The notes under the pieces are model-generated. The model saw only the letters and a list, made by a program, of their open reading frames with translations, did no database searches and was not told the origin of the DNA. Made by a program: the position numbers and the translations under genes. A DNA stretch of 57,607 nt, the filler included, from Syncephalis fuscata S228 (lineage: Eukaryota > Fungi > Zoopagomycota): NCBI GenBank assembly GCA_025786725.1. It is 3 parts of 3 records of this genome, joined end to end, with 100 filler letters (N's around TTAATTAATTAA, not from the genome) between each part and the next. Parts side by side here need not be neighbours in the genome. Positions count along the whole stretch, not along the records: positions 43,808 to 57,607 come from JAHLTZ010000241.1; 2 more parts are not named here. One strand, given 5' to 3'. Below are positions 49,268 to 57,607 of the stretch, one piece after another; position 1 is the first letter of the stretch, and each line of letters starts with the position of its first letter.

Positions 49268-52200
49268 AATAACCAGAATGCGGCTAGTGTATTGTAGAAT
49301 AATACATAATAGTATGCGATAATAGACGAATGGTACAAGTAAATGTTGGATATAAGCGTACTGGATAATACATCTATGCCAATAAATATTTTAAACTTTG
49401 ATGCACTCACCACTCGTTATTATGTTCAACAGAGCAATTGTCTAGCTCAACTGCATGGATGCATCAAATTTAATCGTTTGCCTTCAAAGCACATTCAATG
49501 GCTTAATAGGTTGTTTATTATCAGTGTAATAACAATAGCAGAAACAACTAGTACTATTATTAAATGGGAAGATGTCTGTATTTATATGAACGCAACTAAT
49601 AGTAGTATGTTAATAAATAAGAAATGCTACATTTATTTATTTAAAAAATACATAAATAATGATAGACTAGTACAAACCGGATGACTGTACAGCATATTGT
49701 GGCCCTGTTCTTGCCAAATCTAAATATCTCTCAAATTTATATCTATTGAAGAGGGTCAGTAAACGAGATGAGCCACATGTGCCAATGATGTTTGCTGCTT
49801 GACTACACCGCAATAAGTAGTGGTTGTCCAAACAACATTTGCTCTGCACCATCAGATATCAGATATCTTCAAGCGCAAACCTTATGTCGCCTCAACAGCC
49901 AGATACTCAGCAAGGCAACCTCGCAAACAAACACACGGTAAGCGTACCAATGTTACTATACAAAAGACCAATCAACTATGTGCAGACAAGCGCCTTCTAC
50001 AGCATGCTGGGTACACACTGCGTGATATATAGCTTCTAGAACACTGCATATCCAGTGCTTCATAGCCAAAAGGCACAACTGCATCGCACCTCCCACGCCC
50101 GTTTACCGACCTTAGTACATATAGCAGCAACCAGCAGTGATCTTGTAATCATTAGACGGCTAGCAAGTGCAAAGCATATTGGACAACAAATGGCAGTAAG
50201 GGCGAATGAGTGTAGCGTATATCGAGTGGTAAAGAGTAGAAAGAGAAGATAAAGGTGCAATGTTGGTTCGGAGGAGCGGTAAAGCCAGCTTATGTATTGT
50301 GATAGTTGTGGAAAATGTCGTAATAAAACATGAGTCGTCTAAAACCGTCTATGACCAATGTACTACGCAATTGCTCTTAGTCTTCCGTATAAGCAGCTAC
50401 AACCATTCCAGTAGAATCTTCAGTACATGTAACTATTAGTGTAATATGTAGTAAACCGTGTGTTTTCTTGTACACTTATTGCAAAAGAGTCTTTATTGCT
50501 GTCATTATATTGTCTGAACATTAATATTGGCAAGCTCTTTACAACGCGATAAGCTGATGGATTAAATCTAGATTACACGGCTTAACCGACTAAGCGTAAA
50601 AATGATCTATGCTAAACTTTACATGTAGCATAGCAAGTAAATCTGTCTATTTGGCAATATCAGCTATGGCTTTATTTCAAACAATGCCGATCATTTAGGC
50701 GGCACGCAAAGCAGCTAAATGGGACCAGTTTCAAGCTTGTAGCTACAGTAAATACCAATGGCTTATATGTTGAATACTAATGCAATCCATCTAATAAAAT
50801 CTTTAAAGCAAATTGTTTTTGGCCAAGTTTATTATTGCTTTTAACTGTGTCGAATAGAGTAGCCAGCACTGTCTACGGCCACATGGTAAATATACGTACA
50901 CTTTGTCCTTATGCTCAAGTAGCTATAGCGCAATACATGATTACCCTGCAATAAGCTATACGACACTTTTAAAGCACGTATACATAACACCCATAGCGAA
51001 TATCTATTTTGTAATAACAAGCTTTATTTGGTATAATAGCTTATACCAGTTCATCGCTGGCCCGTTCGATACCATTGCAACATATCAGCACTGGAAAACA
51101 GCAAAAAGAGCACTAGCAGTGTAAGAAGGCTATTCTACTTGCGCGTTTGTGTGCAAAGAGTAAAAGAAGTGCTCAGAGCTAAACTTTGCAACAAACAGCT
51201 AACAAGGAACGTATAGCTTCTGCAAATAAAGCATAGCCATTAAGCATACAATAATATGGAGCAAATAAAATACCAAAAGTAATTGTGTGAGTAGCAGCAT
51301 TAAAGCTATAGTGCGCCTTGGAAAGGAATGACTAAGCGGAACGAGTCAAACTTGTCAATATTAAAGCTGGCGTCAAGCTGACAGTAGTTATTGATGGCGC
51401 ATAGTAACTGTACGGTAAAATAGCATAACAGCTATCAGCTATGCTAGTTAAAAGACAACTAGCTTTGTTAAAGCTATCGAGCATATATGCATGAGCAGAT
51501 AAGCAACTTGCGTGAACTTTTCTAATAGTGGTGCTAGAACCAAACAGACAACGGTAATAGCTAGCGCGTATTTACTGGATAATAAAACGAATATACAAAG
51601 TAAAAAGTATGGACAGCAGTGGTATAGTACTGAGCATATATGCATGATCAATGAGCGACATTAGTCGACAGTTGTTAATAATAACGCTAGAACAAAAATA
51701 AAACCAGTTTTGGATTGAGCATAGATGGGCGAGTGTAAAATGACATATAAACGATGTCAAACTATAGTGCATATAACGCAAGGAGGGAATGAGTAGAGTG
51801 TGCTGGTGTACTTAATGAACAGAATGTGTCCAGTATGTCGTAGAATGATACATAGAAGTGCGGAATAAAAGGGAGTGGTGTAGGTAGATAGAGATATATG
51901 CATACTGGATAATAAATCTATAATGACAAGTGTTTTAAACTTTGATGTCGCTCACCACCCAGCTCCATGTTCAATAGGTTGAATGTTTAGTTCAAACGCG
52001 TAAATAATCAAAATAGCCATTTAACCACCAAATCACACCAAATGTGATGATTTGATCGTTAATAAAACTCACCACCCGTCCCCATGTTCAATAGAACAAA
52101 TGTGCAGGCCAGTTGCGCGAATATCAAAAGTAGCCGTTTGACACAAATCACATTAAATGGTTAATAATTGTAATAAACAGTTATTAATAGTAAAAATAAC

Positions 52201-53385
52201 TATAATAAAGCTATAACGCACTGAGCGGACTGAGTGAAGCTGATTGAAATGCATAATAAATATAAGTGTTCAACCTGTCATTGACTAAGAGTAGGATGTA
52301 AAGATACATTTTAATGATATTGTTGGATTAAAAATATATGCATACTGGATAATAAATCTATGATGATGGTATTTTGGACCCAGATGTCAGGTACTTTAAT
52401 TTTATGTTCACTAAAAGGAATGAAAAGAGAGTGGAGTCAAAAGTGGTGGAAGTGAGTCGAACGGCTCAGCGGCTTAAATGTTCAACGGCTCAAATGTTCA
52501 ACGGTTTAAATGTTCAACGGTTCAAATGTTCAACGGCTCAAATGTTCAACGGCTCAAATGTTCAACGGTTCAAATGTTCAACGGCTCAAATGTTCAACGG
52601 CTCAAATGTTCAATGGTTTAAATGTTCAACGGTTTAAATGTTCAACGGTTTAAATGTTCAACGGCTCAAATGTTCAACGGCTCAAATGTTCAACGGCTCA
52701 AATGTTCAACGGTTTAAATGTTCAACGGCTCAAATGTTCAACGGTTTAAATGTTCAACGGTTTAAATGTTCAACGGTTTAAATGTTCAACGGTTTAAATG
52801 TTCAACGGCTCAAATGTTCAACGGCTCAAATGTTCAACGGTTTAAATGTTCAACGGTTTAAATGTTCAACGGTTTAAATGTTCAACGGCTCAAATGTTCA
52901 ACGGTTTAAATGTTCAACGGCTCAAATGTTCAACGGCTCAACAGTCCACTCGATGCGTTTTATACACTACGATCTTAACAATGCTGTTTACACTATTCTC
53001 ATTGCGTATTCATTTTAAAAGACATCACTTTATGTTTACTTAGCTTTGCTTCATTCAGAACTGTTGTCCTTTTTTCTAGCTTTATTTTTACAAACCTCAA
53101 CTGTTTTCGCTCGTTCATTAAGGCTCTTTACACCGAATAACTACGCCGCTGGCATTCATACTTTTTGCTTTGTATATTCGTTCTATTTTATTTTGTTTCA
53201 TCAAATAATAAATGCGCTTTATTTAACATTTATATTCATTTAATTCGCTTTGTTAGTTACAACTTTGATATACTTCGCTTAGTCCGCTCATGATTTATTT
53301 ACAATGCAGCTTCTACTTCATTGTTCGTTTGCTTAATTGCATACCACTTTTATTTAATAAGCACGTACTACTCATTGTAGTCTTC
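49268..53385 (-). repeat. Right arm of ~4.1-kb inverted repeat
   Basis: Reverse complement of 43808-47918 with scattered substitutions and 1-nt indels. Confidence 0.95.
52473..52936 (-). repeat. 16-bp tandem array, 29 units (inverted copy)
   Basis: 464 bp = 29x16. Order of unit variants nearly identical to the left array. Confidence 0.97.
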
Positions 53386-53829
53386 TACTTGCTAATGGCT
53401 TCATTTGTTGTTAAGTCTGCCAACTGCCACTTCTTTCTCTCTACTTTTATTCAATATGCTCAGTGTGGCCTCCACTCTATACTGCCAAATACTTGTAAAT
53501 AACAACTTACTATTTTATATTAGCCACATATTTTGTTTTATCAAATAATGGCGTTTGTTAGCCTACTTAAATCTACTGTTACTATGCCATCTGCTATGTT
53601 TGCTGTAGTGCTTTGATATGCGCGTGTATATATACTTACGTAAAGAACAACTATGTATCCGATTATTCCTTACTATCAGTAAAGATCTTCCAACGCTTTC
53701 TAACTAATATTCTACACATTCATATGCGTATATAATTGTCGTTGTGTTTTTATAACAATAATTATTTATTTAGCTGTCTTATTAAAGCTATTGCATTAAT
53801 ATTAAACAGTTTATTAGCCACTTAGTGTA

Positions 53830-54420
53830 ACTTGGGAGACAAATGACTTTTTAATAATATTCGCGTAATTGGACTACACATCTATTCTATTGAACATGGG
53901 ACAAGTGGTGAGTTTTATTTAATCATCACATCATCACATTTGTTGTTTGCTTGGTGGTCAAATGACTATTTTTAATAACATCCAGCCTATTGAACATGAT
54001 GATGGGCGGTGAGTGACGTCTATCATCAAAATACTCATCATTATAGATTCATTATCCAGTATGCATATATCCTCTATTCACGTATACCATTCTTTTATAT
54101 CCCACACCTCTATATACCATTTTATAACATACTAGGTACATTCTATCATCTGTTTGTCCCAATACACTTTTCTCTCTCCATTCATTGCGCTATATACACT
54201 ATAGCTTTGATGTCGTTTTACATGCTTTCTTACCGTACATTTATCATTCTATACATCACTCTATACTCGTATAGCCTTGCTCTATCCAAAAATATGTTTA
54301 TTTCTGTTCTAGCTTTATTATTTATAAATGTCGACTAATGTCGCTCATTCACTCATGCATATATGCTTAGTAGCTATACCACTGCTATTCATACTTTTTA
54401 CTTTATATATTCGTTTCATT
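53830..54420 (+). repeat. Diverged copy of the ~600-bp module at 45045-45610 / 51585-52150
   Basis: Shared CTATTGAACATGG..GGTGGTGAG x2, CATTATAGATT.ATTATCCAGTATGCATATAT and GTCGACTAATGTCGCTCATT..TCATGCATATATGC blocks. Confidence 0.85.
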
Positions 54421-55719
54421 CTGTATCGTTCTGTCATATGATAGCCATGCGCTACTCAAAACTGCTGTTTATTTGGCGCTAGGTCTATTGGTTGTAAAGC
54501 TCAGCTCATTCCTTTTTTATCTCTCATTGGTCCATATACACTGCAGCAGTTACTTTCCTGTCTATACACTTTAGCGTGTCTACTCGTCTTATTGCGTAGT
54601 GCTTTGTTTTCTAATAAACGTGCGCAGTTTGTTACAGTGGTTCACTTGTTAGTAGCTTTATTTGTTGTAAGATCTGCCGCTTGTCGTTCATGTCTACTTT
54701 CATTCAGTCTATTTAGCATGGCCTTCTTCTATGCTGTTGAATATTCGTAAATAGCAAGCTACAGTTGTTGCAGCGGCTACATAGCCTTTTGTGGTATATA
54801 AGCACGCTTGTTAATTGGGTCGAGATTTTTATTACGCCGTCAGCTATTGCTACACGCCGCTACAAATCATTAAACTGTATTGTATATTGTATATTCTGGT
54901 AAATCTGTGTTTTGTTTATTTTGAAGTTACAAGGATTATTCAATCGACAGCTTTTGTTGGTGGTTAATTTAGACTGCCAGCTTATTTATGGCGTAATATG
55001 CCAATAACGGCTAGATCAGCGACCACTTCTATACAATACGCGGCACTGCTCAATTAAATTTGTATACAAGCGCTGAAAATTGGATTTATGACTGGAGGAT
55101 GTTGAATTTGATTTAGCGCTATTAAGTACAGCTGACCGGTGTAACAGCTTTGCTTCAGCAATGTCGGTTGATATTAGTTCAAATATGCGGCGACAGCATT
55201 ATTGAAAAGCTGCATTGCTTCTGCGAAAAATGAAGCCATAACATTAATGGATATACACTAGACAGCCAATCTATTGCGCAAAGCTTTGTTCCAAGTGGAT
55301 GCAATAACATCCACTGATTCAGAAATACGTGCATTTGTTAATGAATGATATAGAATAGACAATTAATCAGAATTAAAGTACATTGAATACTAGATATTCC
55401 GTATACATCCATTGACGACTGATGCTATTAAGCTCGAGGATACACGTAAGAAATGCTAGCTACCTTGTAGCTATGATCTATTCTGTTTCCGTTCATTCTA
55501 TACTAATACACAGAGTGCTAATTATTTAGAACCAATGTCAGTATTTGTGGCATTGATGCGTAAAGGTATCATTTTATTTCATCATCGATTAGCGTCACAT
55601 GCACACAGCATATTACGTTGTATTCAGTAGCTGATCGCTTATGTTGTTGTTCTACCTGGCGTAATCGATTATGTAATTTCGACGATATATCTGATGGATT
55701 TGCACTGCTTATTGGCAGT

Positions 55720-56104
55720 CTACAACTGGGAATTGGTAGTATTGATGAGCTGTTGTTGATTTGTAAGTAAACAGAACAAAGTAAAATGTTCCGTTGAATT
55801 AAGCATATTCAAAAGAAGGCAACAAGATTGGGACGGCTTCTTAGTATTAAAGCCGATGTGATGGGTAAATTGACTAAACGGTGCAATAAACGAGTCGACA
55901 GTGAAATTGGCCCATACCTTGGCAATAACCAAAACATGTATGAGTATATTTAGCATATAGATATGATAGTGATACTTTGACATAGATCATTCGATTAATG
56001 TATTGCAGACTATAGAGCATTACAAAAAGACTATTGTGCATGTACATAGCAACTATTTTGGTACAGATCGATATTGAGCTAATACAGCTATTTAAAGTTT
56101 GCAA
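55720..56104 (-). pseudogene. Possible decayed Rab-GAP TBC-domain fragment
   Basis: LYAK...GYCQGM at 55930-55913 resembles the TBC YxQ motif. Flanking similarity is weak and frame-broken. Confidence 0.25.
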
Positions 56105-57607
56105 CGATGTTATGACAAAGTTAATAGTTTTGACGCTGGAATAGTGCCAATGAACGTTATTACAGAGCGCTATATAATGAATATGTGTCGATTATAATAT
56201 ATAAACAGCTACATTACTAACACGGATAATTGTATAATATATATATATAAGCATTAATAAACAATCAAGCAGCCGTCAATGGTCAGTAGTGAACATGAAA
56301 ACATTAAATTACTGTTGCCATCAACGTATAGCCAGCTATATTAGTTAGCTGGCAATGGCAACATTGTAATATTGCTCATGATTACTATAGAAATTAGCAT
56401 TATTCTATTGACAAGATCGTATTGTTAATATCTATCTAAATAGTAGAAATTAATAGCAAGCGCTATTAGCAAATGGACAACTAAGCACCATGCATGTTTT
56501 CAATATATATATATATAGCTGGCCAAACGCTATTAATCCATGTTGTTTACCGACTAGCTGGTTGCATAGTATTTACGGATACCTGCTGATTAGCTGTACC
56601 AACTGATTAACAATAGCCAATATAATAGTATAGCAATATTCTGTTAAGCAATATGCTAGTAATCGCGCGTCAACACCGATAAAGTATGGATATTTGATTA
56701 TTTCCATAGCCGGCTATAGGTTAATAGACATGTAACATGGGTATCAGTTAATTATATGGCTACATTAGTGCTATCTGTTATTGTGTATTGCTGGTTACTG
56801 GTCGACAGTTAGTGTTGAATATACTGCGTGCATCATTGGCATGATATAGCTACCGATACTAACAGTTAGTGAGCGCTATTTATACAGCTTACTACCATTG
56901 TAAACCAATGCTATGTATTGCAGTGCAACAACTAGGAATTGGCAAAATAGTTGCTATTTGTATTGCCAGCGACAGTGGTGAGCTGTGTTTAATAAATGCC
57001 ACAATTGAAATTACTGTTGAAGATTACCGATCGTCAATATAAACATGTATACTAATGCTGGCTATTGAGAATTGCCATGCCAGTTGTTACTGGGTAATTG
57101 GCGACACAAGTAGTAAACCTAGTGTTGGTACTTGCCAATTTGAAACATATCTACAAATAACATGGACAGTTAACGTCTGCTCGTTTAGCAAGTGGCAGCA
57201 TAATATGCACTGTTACTAACTGATGACTATGCATAAGATTTGCTTTTGTATACCGGCAACAGTATGGTGTGCGCACCAATGGACAATACTATACCAATGG
57301 CTGTTATTGTTATACACTCCACTACATAATTGTATACGGTATGTAGCCAAAATCGCCATTGTCTGTATAACACATTCACAGCCATTAACATTGTCAGTAC
57401 TATTACGGATGACTGATAGCATCTGTATAGTTGCCAGTGGCAATGCCGCATAACATGATCTACCAATGATGCCGGTTATACTTGATACACGCCACCACCA
57501 ATGCTAATAAAACAACCAATGTACATGATTAGCATACCGTTCACAGCACGTGTGGCTACGGTGTACCATTGCGTGCTATTGTGCTATTACACACATACTG
57601 TAGCTAT

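Noticed and set aside
46669-51781. Short ORFs in the IR arms and core
   Set aside because: Frames are broken differently in the two arms; no motifs, splice-consistent models or codon bias.
52473-52936. Telomere repeat
   Set aside because: Internal, flanked by complex sequence on both sides and lacking a G-rich strand. A derived interstitial origin is not fully excluded.

Overview
Eukaryotic nuclear DNA from an AT-rich fungal genome with many short (~45-100 nt) GT-AG introns. The gene content (RAD51C, GPR89, an E2F-type site) suggests an early-diverging lineage; this is inference. The window is three contigs joined by artificial 100-bp linkers (N44-TTAATTAATTAA-N44) at 18604-18703 and 43708-43807, so nothing is linked across them. 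Contig 1: acid phosphatase 3' end, a spliced small secreted protein missed by the ORF track, STU1/CLASP, a tight ATP20-COX14-VMA12-ATP19 group, an LRR protein, RAD51C, a secreted glycine-zipper repeat protein and a frameshifted GH16 glucanase. Contig 2: PMA1 with a hidden first exon and 1.2-kb intron, an intron-rich HYD-type kinase between two copies of a repeat, SEC7, GPR89 and the SET1 3' part. Contig 3 has no intact gene. It is a ~4.1-kb inverted repeat pair around a 1.35-kb core; each arm carries 29 copies of a 16-bp repeat and modules of a dispersed repeat family. This is the most unusual structure (IR-type centromere, foldback element or invertible segment). Indels in essential genes show the consensus has sequencing errors.
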